This document shows, one piece after another, positions 9,015 through 16,353 of a DNA stretch of 64,000 nt. Source of the DNA: a virus. Lineage: Duplodnaviria > Heunggongvirae > Uroviricota > Caudoviricetes. A program made the position numbers and the translations under genes. Location: IMG/VR virus record IMGVR_UViG_3300005264_000029, positions 1 to 64,000 of that record. One strand, given 5' to 3'. A model generated the notes under the pieces. That model was not told where the DNA came from. It worked only from the letters and a program-made list of their open reading frames with translations, and did not search any database. The first letter of the stretch is position 1. The number at the start of each line of letters is the position of its first letter.

Positions 9015-9215
9015 ATGATGAAACCAAAAAATAAAATATTAAAACATTTGAAAGAATTAACATTATGTTATTGTCCATCTAAAAAAGATAAATGTTATAA
9101 TTGTGGTTCTGAAAATTGTATATTATATAGGAAAGATATGAGAGATAATCCAAGTGTAACTCAATGGTATTTTTGTAATGATTGTACTATTGAATATTTG
9201 GATACTTATAATTAG
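9015..9215 (+). CDS. array member, Cys-rich zinc ribbon (66 aa)
   Basis: 'CYCPSKKDKCYNCGSENC...CNDC'. Confidence 0.4.
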   Translation: MMKPKNKILKHLKELTLCYCPSKKDKCYNCGSENCILYRKDMRDNPSVTQWYFCNDCTIEYLDTYN

Positions 9216-9307
9216 AAAATGGATACAGAAAAAAAAAAGAAAAAATAGATATATTAAAAGGATATATAAACATTGCAAAACTTGATTCTAAATATTATCA
9301 AAAGAAA

Positions 9308-9373
9308 ATGGAATACTGTTTAGAAGAACAAAAAATTTATGAATCTGAATTAAACGAACTTTCAAACAATTAA
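9308..9373 (+). CDS. array member (21 aa) ending ...ELSNN
   Basis: shares C-terminal box; may be remnant. Confidence 0.2.
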   Translation: MEYCLEEQKIYESELNELSNN

Positions 9374-9376
9374 AAA

Positions 9377-9511
9377 GTGGATAGATTAGAAGAAATTATG
9401 TGTATCATTTGTATGTTTAGAAATGATAGAGATTTAAGTAACGAGCAATTCGCAATTAAAATTGATGAATTTGAAAAAGAAATTAGAAAATTAAAACTTT
9501 CAAACAATTAG
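9377..9511 (+). CDS. array member ending ...KLKLSNN (GTG start; alt ATG 9398)
   Basis: 'CIICMF'; conserved C-terminal box. Confidence 0.3.
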   Translation: MDRLEEIMCIICMFRNDRDLSNEQFAIKIDEFEKEIRKLKLSNN

Positions 9512-9514
9512 ACG

Positions 9515-9676
9515 ATGAAACAAGAAATTAAAGGTATATTGAAAACAATAGATATTTTAGATTTAAATTTAAAAAATTTAGAATTAAATCATCGACAAGA
9601 AAGTTATGCTTATTACTACTTTGAAAATTGTAAAGAAGAATGTTTAAATGAAGTAAAAAAATTAGAGGACAATTAA
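9515..9676 (+). CDS. array member (53 aa)
   Basis: ATG in 'ATTAGACGATG'; ends ...EDN*. Confidence 0.35.
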   Translation: MKQEIKGILKTIDILDLNLKNLELNHRQESYAYYYFENCKEECLNEVKKLEDN

Positions 9677-9683
9677 TTAGAAA

Positions 9684-9860
9684 ATGGATAAAAAAGAAAC
9701 GACAACTAAAGAAAAAGAATTATTGGACCACTTAGAATTAGCATGGGGAATTATTGCTAATGCAAATAATGGAAACTGGGAAGAGTTACCTAAAGATTGG
9801 GTAAACGCGGCTGAAAACTGGAGAGATAAATATTATAAAGATATTCTTTCAGATAATTAG
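9684..9860 (+). CDS. array member (58 aa)
   Basis: ATG in 'ATTAGAAAATG'; ends ...SDN*. Confidence 0.35.
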   Translation: MDKKETTTKEKELLDHLELAWGIIANANNGNWEELPKDWVNAAENWRDKYYKDILSDN

Positions 9861-9870
9861 AATTTGACAA

Positions 9871-10020
9871 ATGGAAATAGATAAAGAAGAATTACAATAT
9901 ATGATGATGGAAAATTGGGCATTAGAAAATAATGAAGATTGTCATTTAGCAACAGTACAATTCTGCGATAAATGGGGAATTAATTTAGATGAAATTAATA
10001 TGCGTAGAGAATACATTTAA
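9871..10020 (+). CDS. array member (49 aa)
   Basis: ATG in 'TTGACAAATG'. Confidence 0.35.
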   Translation: MEIDKEELQYMMMENWALENNEDCHLATVQFCDKWGINLDEINMRREYI

Positions 10021-10034
10021 TTAGATTAAGACAA

Positions 10035-10262
10035 ATGATAGATGAAGAAAAAATAAAAATGTATGAATCTGAATTATTCCGAATGTCTGGGATATTTTTT
10101 ATTCAAGGAATATTATGTGCAATTAGTATGTTTGGATTATGTTTAACATTATTAAAAAATATTACTTATTGGTATATTTTTATAATTCCAATATTTATTA
10201 TATTTTTAATATTACAAAATTTAGAAAAAATAATACTAAAAAATGAGAATGCAAATAATTAG
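10035..10262 (+). CDS. array member, two-TM membrane protein (75 aa)
   Basis: ORF track; ends ...ANN*. Confidence 0.4.
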   Translation: MIDEEKIKMYESELFRMSGIFFIQGILCAISMFGLCLTLLKNITYWYIFIIPIFIIFLILQNLEKIILKNENANN

Positions 10263-10265
10263 AAA

Positions 10266-10481
10266 ATGGATTTAGCAAACAAATTAACAGAATTATTTGA
10301 AACAGACCTAGAGAAATTTATTGAATTACATGATAAAAATAAATTGAAATTTATTAAAAATAATGATAAATTAAGAAATGACTATAAACAATTAAAAAGA
10401 AATTTCACTCCTGATATGAATTTAAAGTTTTTAATAAACTTACAAAAACATATTGCAAAAATCAAGACGACAAACAATTAG
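10266..10481 (+). CDS. array member (71 aa)
   Basis: ORF track; ends ...TNN*. Confidence 0.4.
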   Translation: MDLANKLTELFETDLEKFIELHDKNKLKFIKNNDKLRNDYKQLKRNFTPDMNLKFLINLQKHIAKIKTTNN

Positions 10482-10484
10482 AAA

Positions 10485-10631
10485 ATGACAGAATATGAAA
10501 TAAAAATAGAAATAAAAGAAAATGAAATATTTTCAAGAAGTATTGAAGGTACAATTATAATCAATTCAGCATTAGCTAGAAAAGAAGTTGGAAATGTAAT
10601 AGTTGATAGAATTAAAAAAACTTTCAAATAA
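10485..10631 (+). CDS. array member (48 aa)
   Basis: ends ...KKTFK* with 'AACTTTCAAATAATTAA' box variant. Confidence 0.3.
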   Translation: MTEYEIKIEIKENEIFSRSIEGTIIINSALARKEVGNVIVDRIKKTFK

Positions 10632-10643
10632 TTAAATAGAGAA

Positions 10644-10772
10644 ATGACAAAAGGAAAAAAAGTATATTTAACAGAAGAACAAGCACTTGAATTAATTGAA
10701 TTAAGGCAAAAATTAAATTTAGAAAAAAATTTAAGTGGAATAGAAATTATTATCTTCTTGAGGATAAATTAA
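10644..10772 (+). CDS. array member (42 aa), duplicate of 7409 gene with different tail
   Basis: 102-bp identity to 7409-7510. Confidence 0.3.
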   Translation: MTKGKKVYLTEEQALELIELRQKLNLEKNLSGIEIIIFLRIN

Positions 10773-10785
10773 ATGGAATTTAAAA

Positions 10786-10965
10786 ATGCCTGATTTAATA
10801 ATTGAGAAAGCAATGTCGTATCCAATTGATGATGTATTTCATTATGATTTAGAATTAAAATGTAATTTCAAAAAAGATAAGATGACAACAAAAGAGTGGG
10901 ATAAATTTGATGAAATAAGATGGAAAATAATGGAGATCAATAATCTATTTAGGGAGTTAAAATAA
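10786..10965 (+). CDS. hypothetical protein (59 aa)
   Basis: ATG-to-stop frame; adjacent to next gene. Confidence 0.35.
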   Translation: MPDLIIEKAMSYPIDDVFHYDLELKCNFKKDKMTTKEWDKFDEIRWKIMEINNLFRELK

Positions 10966-10966
10966 A

Positions 10967-11092
10967 ATGCCAGTGTTAATATGTAGTAATTGTAGTAGAC
11001 AAGTAAGAGATAGTTTTCATGAAGAACCTATCAAGCACCCTAGATTAAAGGATGGATGGTGTAACTGTAGCGATAAGTTTATAAAGACTTAA
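10967..11092 (+). CDS. small zinc-ribbon protein (41 aa)
   Basis: 'CSNCSRQ...CNCSDKF'. Confidence 0.35.
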   Translation: MPVLICSNCSRQVRDSFHEEPIKHPRLKDGWCNCSDKFIKT

Positions 11093-11113
11093 CTGTTTAT
11101 ATATATTATCAAG

Positions 11114-11314
11114 ATGGAAAAAGAAGTAAGAGAGAAAATTAAAAGTTTTATAGAAACATATCCAGAGGATATGCGATACAATGTTAAATTAGGGAACTGT
11201 GTCGCACTAATGGAATGGTCCTGGTCACAATCACAAAAGGAAATTCTAAAAACGAGTGAAAAATTTGGGTACATTACTTCTGAACAAATCGAGAAGATCA
11301 TAGCTAATAAATGA
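11114..11314 (+). CDS. hypothetical protein (66 aa)
   Basis: ORF track. Confidence 0.4.
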   Translation: MEKEVREKIKSFIETYPEDMRYNVKLGNCVALMEWSWSQSQKEILKTSEKFGYITSEQIEKIIANK

Positions 11315-11469
11315 AAAATAAATTTTATTATTTGAAAGATAAAGATAACAATATAAAAATCTCACCTGTTACAAAAGAGTATCCAATGTTTTGGAATACT
11401 AAAGGTCGTGCTGAAAATTATGCAAAAAAACATGCTAAAGATTATACAGTATTTGAAATACAATTGTGA
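11311..11469 (+). CDS. hypothetical protein (52 aa)
   Basis: ATGA overlap with previous. Confidence 0.35.
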   Translation: MKNKFYYLKDKDNNIKISPVTKEYPMFWNTKGRAENYAKKHAKDYTVFEIQL

Positions 11470-11472
11470 AAA

Positions 11473-11619
11473 ATGGGAATTAAAAATGAATTAAGTATTT
11501 GTGTTATGTGTAAGGAACTTAAGAATCTACCAGTAGGTAGAGTTACATGTGGATCAATGTGTGCTAAGAAATATAGATTATTAAACACAATCGAAAAAAG
11601 AGAATTATTATATAAATAA
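11473..11619 (+). CDS. FCS-like zinc-finger mini-protein (48 aa)
   Basis: 'CVMCKEL...TCGSMCAKKYR' matches family at 23851/27232. Confidence 0.4.
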   Translation: MGIKNELSICVMCKELKNLPVGRVTCGSMCAKKYRLLNTIEKRELLYK

Positions 11620-11621
11620 AC

Positions 11622-11933
11622 ATGGAGCTAAATAAAAAAGATTTACTATCGAACGATTTCAAAGAATATAAGGATAACCATTTCCAAAAAAGAGTATGGG
11701 AAGGGTCTAATACAAAATATTTTATAAATGTTGAATATTATGAGTTCGATGCATCAGGCATTACGTATAAATCGTTCGAGTGTAAGGTACAATTCATGCA
11801 CGCAGTATATAATAAGAAAGACATCTGTTACAATTATGATTTTAACTGTTCTGAATTTACCATTAAAGAAATTGAAGGTATCGTTGAAAAATTATTTATA
11901 GATGCAAATAAACCATATTACAATAAGGAGTGA
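11622..11933 (+). CDS. hypothetical protein (103 aa)
   Basis: ORF track. Confidence 0.45.
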   Translation: MELNKKDLLSNDFKEYKDNHFQKRVWEGSNTKYFINVEYYEFDASGITYKSFECKVQFMHAVYNKKDICYNYDFNCSEFTIKEIEGIVEKLFIDANKPYYNKE

Positions 11934-12172
11934 ATAAAAAAATGAAACAAGAAAAAGATAATGATTATATATCAGAAGCAAAAAGATTAAGATCGCAAAT
12001 AGCGCAGGGACAACTATCAGTTAATGATTTAGTTGGAATGATAGTTGATTCAAAAAAACAAATAGATTTTTATAAAGTTAGATGTGTAGAAATTAAAAAA
12101 GAATTAAATGAATTAGAATGTGATTATCAAGAAATGGTAGATCATCATGATACGGAAAAAAATGAAAGCTAA
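11930..12172 (+). CDS. hypothetical protein (80 aa), coiled-coil
   Basis: ORF track; ATGA coupling. Confidence 0.45.
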   Translation: MNKKMKQEKDNDYISEAKRLRSQIAQGQLSVNDLVGMIVDSKKQIDFYKVRCVEIKKELNELECDYQEMVDHHDTEKNES

Positions 12173-12389
12173 AACAATACTTGATTGTTCAGACCAAAAA
12201 AAGAAGGTCAGGTTTTTAAATTCGTTTAGTAATTTGATATTTAAATATCAGGATGAATTAGGATGTTCATATCGAGATATGCTTGAGTTTACAAAAAAGA
12301 AAATAGAAGCGGATTTATTATTTGCTACAAAAGATGGATCTATTAATTATAATTTGGAAGAAAAAAGAAATGCATGTAAAATGAAATAG
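12162..12389 (+). CDS. hypothetical protein
   Basis: ORF 12147..12389; internal ATG 12162 chosen to reduce overlap. Confidence 0.4.
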   Translation: MKAKTILDCSDQKKKVRFLNSFSNLIFKYQDELGCSYRDMLEFTKKKIEADLLFATKDGSINYNLEEKRNACKMK

Positions 12390-12390
12390 A

Positions 12391-12678
12391 ATGATATTTA
12401 ATAAGAAAGCTGGAATAGTAGGAGATATAACAATTGTAATATTAATATTATTCATTGTAGGATATATATTATTGCCAACTGTAATGTATGAAGATGATGA
12501 TTCTGGATTTACTAAATATGGATGTATTTTTATAAAACCGCAATACAATGAATCGGGGCCGGCTAGAAGTTGCTTTACAAAACATTGGAATTCATACTGT
12601 AGAGAAATAGCGCCAAGTGATTGCCCTGATTATAATGCAAATCAAAGTAAATCATATAATCAATATAATAAAAAATGA
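12391..12678 (+). CDS. membrane-anchored Cys-containing protein (95 aa)
   Basis: ORF track; N-terminal TM helix. Confidence 0.4.
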   Translation: MIFNKKAGIVGDITIVILILFIVGYILLPTVMYEDDDSGFTKYGCIFIKPQYNESGPARSCFTKHWNSYCREIAPSDCPDYNANQSKSYNQYNKK

Positions 12679-12749
12679 ATGTCCGAAAGCAAAGCTTGAG
12701 GTTATGAATGAAGTCCAAATGAAACAACGTGTAGAGAGGAACGAACGAA

Positions 12750-13124
12750 ATGAATGTAACTGATACAATAACAATGCAAGTGTACGATGATGTAAAATCG
12801 TTTTTAGTGGATGCTGGACAAATAGCAGCAGATGGAGCAACTCAGGGATTTGAGATAATGGTCATGAAACATTTCTGGGTTGATGGTGTAGTTACACTAA
12901 TATTATCTATTATAGGAATGATAGCATGGATATTCTTTTTTATTAAATGGATTAAAATATTAAAAGAATCGAGGGAAGATGTATTTATAAGTGCAGCAAT
13001 GTTTGGTGGAATGATATTAGTAATGTCACTTATAGGATTAATATCTGCCTTATATAGTGGAGCAGCAAATGTATTTATTCCTGAGTATTATGCTATCATG
13101 GATATAATTGAAGTTGTCAAATGA
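12750..13124 (+). CDS. two/three-TM membrane protein (124 aa)
   Basis: ORF track; hydrophobic segments. Confidence 0.45.
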   Translation: MNVTDTITMQVYDDVKSFLVDAGQIAADGATQGFEIMVMKHFWVDGVVTLILSIIGMIAWIFFFIKWIKILKESREDVFISAAMFGGMILVMSLIGLISALYSGAANVFIPEYYAIMDIIEVVK

Positions 13125-13318
13125 GACACACTGGAAAGAAACCGGTAATTGATTATATCGAACATGCTATCTATGCTATCTCTAGAGATATGTTAAAAAT
13201 TAAAAAAGGAGTTAGAATAATTGATGGTATTAATGATAGTAAGAAATTGTTTAATATTAAAATGCAATTAAAAAACTGTCGTGATGATTATAATCGAAGT
13301 CGAGAAAAAAAGATTTAA
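13121..13318 (+). CDS. hypothetical basic protein (65 aa)
   Basis: ORF track. Confidence 0.4.
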   Translation: MRHTGKKPVIDYIEHAIYAISRDMLKIKKGVRIIDGINDSKKLFNIKMQLKNCRDDYNRSREKKI

Positions 13319-13334
13319 AAGATTTAAAAAGTAT

Positions 13335-13628
13335 TTATTTAAAAATACTTATAAGTCCAAATGCTGCAAGTACAATAATTCCTACTGCAATTAAAGCAAA
13401 TCCTGCGAACACAGTTGTTTGAGTACTTGCTACTCCGTCAACATATCCTGTATCATCCATTGTTAAGGATGTATTATCTACACATGGAGCAACTACTGGT
13501 CCTCCTAAACATGCATTATCTATTTGTGGAGTTGGTAATGCGTCTTTTACTTTAGCTATAACTAAATATCCGATCATAATTACTATTCCGATTCCTATTG
13601 CCGCGATGGCTATTTCCATAAATACCAT
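13335..13628 (-). CDS. small hydrophobic two-helix protein; candidate spindle-virus-type major capsid protein (VP1/VP3-like), paralog A
   Basis: N-term 'MVFMEIAIAAIGIGIVIMIGYLVIA' and C-term 'FAGFALIAVGIIVLAAFGLISIFK' are nearly identical to 13788..14015; fold class inferred. Confidence 0.45.
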   Translation of the reverse strand: MVFMEIAIAAIGIGIVIMIGYLVIAKVKDALPTPQIDNACLGGPVVAPCVDNTSLTMDDTGYVDGVASTQTTVFAGFALIAVGIIVLAAFGLISIFK

Positions 13629-13662
13629 TTTTATATGATATTAATATTATAGCACTTACTCT

Positions 13663-13710
13663 TTATATATGTAATTATTTATGACCACTAGATAATAATT
13701 ACATATATAA
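13663..13710. promoter_or_regulatory. bidirectional class-B promoter: perfect 18-bp inverted repeat TTTATATATGTAATTATT / AATAATTACATATATAAA
   Basis: lies between divergent paralogs; same motif upstream of minus-strand structural genes at 59940, 60556. Confidence 0.55.
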
Positions 13711-13787
13711 ACCTCCAGCGATATAACTTACTATCCTGAGAGAGGAGATGTAAAAATCTTCGCACTCTATAACGGTATTAAATTAAA

Positions 13788-14015
13788 ATGGTATTCATGG
13801 AAATCGCAATCGCAGCTATTGGAATCGGAGTGGTTCTAATGGTAGGTTACTTAGTTGTAGCTCAAGTTAAAGCAGCATTACCAACAGAAAGTTTGGATAA
13901 TGAAACAATTGATGGAATTAATTCCGCGCAAACAACTGTTTTCGCAGGTTTTGCATTAATCGCAGTTGGAATTATTGTTCTAGCAGCATTCGGTCTAATC
14001 AGTATTTTTAAATAA
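13788..14015 (+). CDS. small hydrophobic two-helix protein; candidate major capsid protein, paralog B
   Basis: 75 aa; shares N- and C-terminal helices with 13335..13628. Confidence 0.45.
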   Translation: MVFMEIAIAAIGIGVVLMVGYLVVAQVKAALPTESLDNETIDGINSAQTTVFAGFALIAVGIIVLAAFGLISIFK

Positions 14016-14029
14016 ATACTCTTTTGGCT

Positions 14030-15400
14030 TTTCACAATTCAAACTAAAGGTTTATAAACACTTAATTATTAATATTTCTTAATGACAAAAACTTCTTTAA
14101 AAGTTAGATTGCGAATCAACAAATATAAATACAATATTCTAAAAACATTATGTTTACATTCTAAAAATCTTTATAATCAAGCGAATTATTTAATACAACA
14201 ATATTATAAATATACTGGAAAATATTTAACTTATTATGATATGTATTATATTATGCGAAATCGTGAAAATTTAGAACATGAAATTAATTTTAAAAAATTA
14301 AAATCTGGTGTATCGCAACAAGTACTAATGATACTAGATACAAATTGGAAAGCATATTTTAGAAGTGTTAACGATTGGAAAAAAAATAAATCAAAATATA
14401 ATGGGTTACCAAAACCGCCTGGATATATAAAAGAATATAATAATTTAGTGTATACATATGTGGTATTTCAAAATAAAAATAAATATATTCAGTTGGAAAA
14501 AAAATTAGGAATAAACATAGATATACCAAAACAATTAATAAATAAAAATATAAAACAAATAGAAATAATTTCACGACGAGAATGTTTTGAAGCTGTGTTT
14601 GTGTATGATGACGCAGTAAAGTATAAACAAATTGAAAAGAATGATAATGTATTAGGAATTGATTTAGGATTAAATAATATAGCTACTTGTGTCAGTAATA
14701 ATATAAAACCGTTTGTAATTAATGGTAAACCGTTAAAATCAATAAATCAATATTCTAATAAAAAAATAGCAAAAACTAAAAGTTGCTTGGAACATAGGAA
14801 TACCGTTAAGACAAGTAAGAAGATTATACAATTATATTATAAACGTAATAATAAAATTAGTGATTATTTGCATAAGGCTAGTAGACTAATAGTTAATAAG
14901 TGCGTGGAGAATAATATCTCCAAAGTAATCGTTGGTGATATAAGTAAATCACTTACCAAGATTAATCTTGGTAAAAGAAACAATCAAAATTTCATAAATA
15001 TCTCATTAGGCCAGTTTGTTGATAAAATAAAATACAAACTTGAGAAGCACAATATTAAAACAATTATAACTAATGAGAGTTATACATCAAAGTGTTCATT
15101 CATTGATAATGATACACTTCCACAGAAATTAGATACCAGTAAGAAATTTGTATTTAGTGGTAAAAGAATTAAACGTGGAATGTATAGAACTAAGAATAAT
15201 ATCTTAATAAATGCTGATGTGAATGGTGCTTATAATATAATTAGAAAAGTAATACCAAAGTTTGATATTAATTTATTAAAGGATGGTATAGAGGGAGACA
15301 CTATGTGTCGTTGGTTACACCCACATAAATTAACTGTATAAGTTTACAGTCTTTATGGTATTCAAATATTATTTAAAACTAAAGGTTTATAAATAATTAA
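14030..15400 (+). mobile_element. IS200/IS605-family TnpB-only (IS1341-like) element or domesticated derivative
   Basis: TnpB ORF flanked by 'AAACTAAAGGTTTATAAA' at 14036 and 15374; no tnpA. Confidence 0.5.
14082..15341 (+). CDS. tnpB: TnpB/OrfB-like RuvC-fold protein; RuvC-II and zinc finger appear degenerate
   Basis: 'GIDLGLNNIATCV' (RuvC-I), 'NFINISLGQFVDKIKYKLEKHNIKTIITNESYTSKCS', 'NADVNGAYNIIRK' (RuvC-III); expected 'xEDL' reads 'VIVGDI' and only one Cys remains in the CxxC...CxxC region. Confidence 0.75.
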   Translation: MTKTSLKVRLRINKYKYNILKTLCLHSKNLYNQANYLIQQYYKYTGKYLTYYDMYYIMRNRENLEHEINFKKLKSGVSQQVLMILDTNWKAYFRSVNDWKKNKSKYNGLPKPPGYIKEYNNLVYTYVVFQNKNKYIQLEKKLGINIDIPKQLINKNIKQIEIISRRECFEAVFVYDDAVKYKQIEKNDNVLGIDLGLNNIATCVSNNIKPFVINGKPLKSINQYSNKKIAKTKSCLEHRNTVKTSKKIIQLYYKRNNKISDYLHKASRLIVNKCVENNISKVIVGDISKSLTKINLGKRNNQNFINISLGQFVDKIKYKLEKHNIKTIITNESYTSKCSFIDNDTLPQKLDTSKKFVFSGKRIKRGMYRTKNNILINADVNGAYNIIRKVIPKFDINLLKDGIEGDTMCRWLHPHKLTV

Positions 15401-15430
15401 CTTCATATATATGTATGGAGGTTAAGTAAC

Positions 15431-15736
15431 TTGATAATAGAAATTTTTATTCTGCTACAGTGTTTTACAATAGTTCTATTTTTACTAGCTTGGTATAGGC
15501 AAGAACCGATGATGTGGGTCTTGGGGTTTATTTTCTCTGCAATAAATATATTTGCATCGTACAATGTTGAATATGTTGTTATGACTTTTAGTAAAGGAGT
15601 TCTCGAACAAAATATGATATCGATGAGCTACCCAGTAGTTTCGTATATAAATATGATTTTTCTCGCAATAAGTATGTTAATGTTTTTTTGGGATATATTT
15701 GATCCTAGGAACGAGCCTCTTCAAAGAAGCGATTAA
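15431..15736 (+). CDS. membrane protein (101 aa)
   Basis: ORF track; three hydrophobic segments. Confidence 0.45.
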   Translation: MIIEIFILLQCFTIVLFLLAWYRQEPMMWVLGFIFSAINIFASYNVEYVVMTFSKGVLEQNMISMSYPVVSYINMIFLAISMLMFFWDIFDPRNEPLQRSD

Positions 15737-15761
15737 ATAATAACATTATAATAAAATAAAT

Positions 15762-16313
15762 ATGGTAGAAAATAACGAAAATAATATAACAGGAGCTAAT
15801 TCTCAAGTAGTTGAAGCTGAGCAACCGCAACAACAATCAGTGTTTCCATCTAATGTACAAAACACTGGATATAATATGTATAGTGGAATGTCTAATGAAA
15901 ACTATCCAGTAGCCGAAGGAGATCAAATGATGAACTCATTGATGTCTGATAAAAATATTCCTAAATCAGTATTGAATAAATATTGGTGGGTATTTGCAAA
16001 AGATGTTGTTTTAACTTTCTTAGATAAAGATAGAAAGAAAGCTAAATTATTAGCATTTGATATTTCTAGAATTAATTATTTACTAACACTTCCTTATTAT
16101 CAATACGATTGGAAGATCGAACAGGAGTTAGATAATATTAGAAATATATACGATATTAAATTAGACAGAGCGTTAGGGACAGATAAGTCTACACAGATTA
16201 ACGAGAGAATAGCACAACGTTCACAGTTTAGTGAACAAAGACAAACAATGTCCGAAGGGGGATCTGGAACCGTTAGAGATGGTTTTTTATCCAGGATGCT
16301 TAGAAGGAAATAA
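15762..16313 (+). CDS. hypothetical protein (183 aa), Q/N-rich N-terminus
   Basis: ORF track. Confidence 0.5.
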   Translation: MVENNENNITGANSQVVEAEQPQQQSVFPSNVQNTGYNMYSGMSNENYPVAEGDQMMNSLMSDKNIPKSVLNKYWWVFAKDVVLTFLDKDRKKAKLLAFDISRINYLLTLPYYQYDWKIEQELDNIRNIYDIKLDRALGTDKSTQINERIAQRSQFSEQRQTMSEGGSGTVRDGFLSRMLRRK

Positions 16314-16353
16314 ATTAAAATAAGCATCACATTAATATAATATAAATATAACA

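Noticed and set aside
14036-15398. Interpreting 'AAACTAAAGGTTTATAAA' flanking repeats as TnpB target-site duplication
   Set aside because: The same word is the genome-wide class-A promoter consensus, so the flanks may simply be neighbouring promoters. IS200/IS605 elements do not make target-site duplications.
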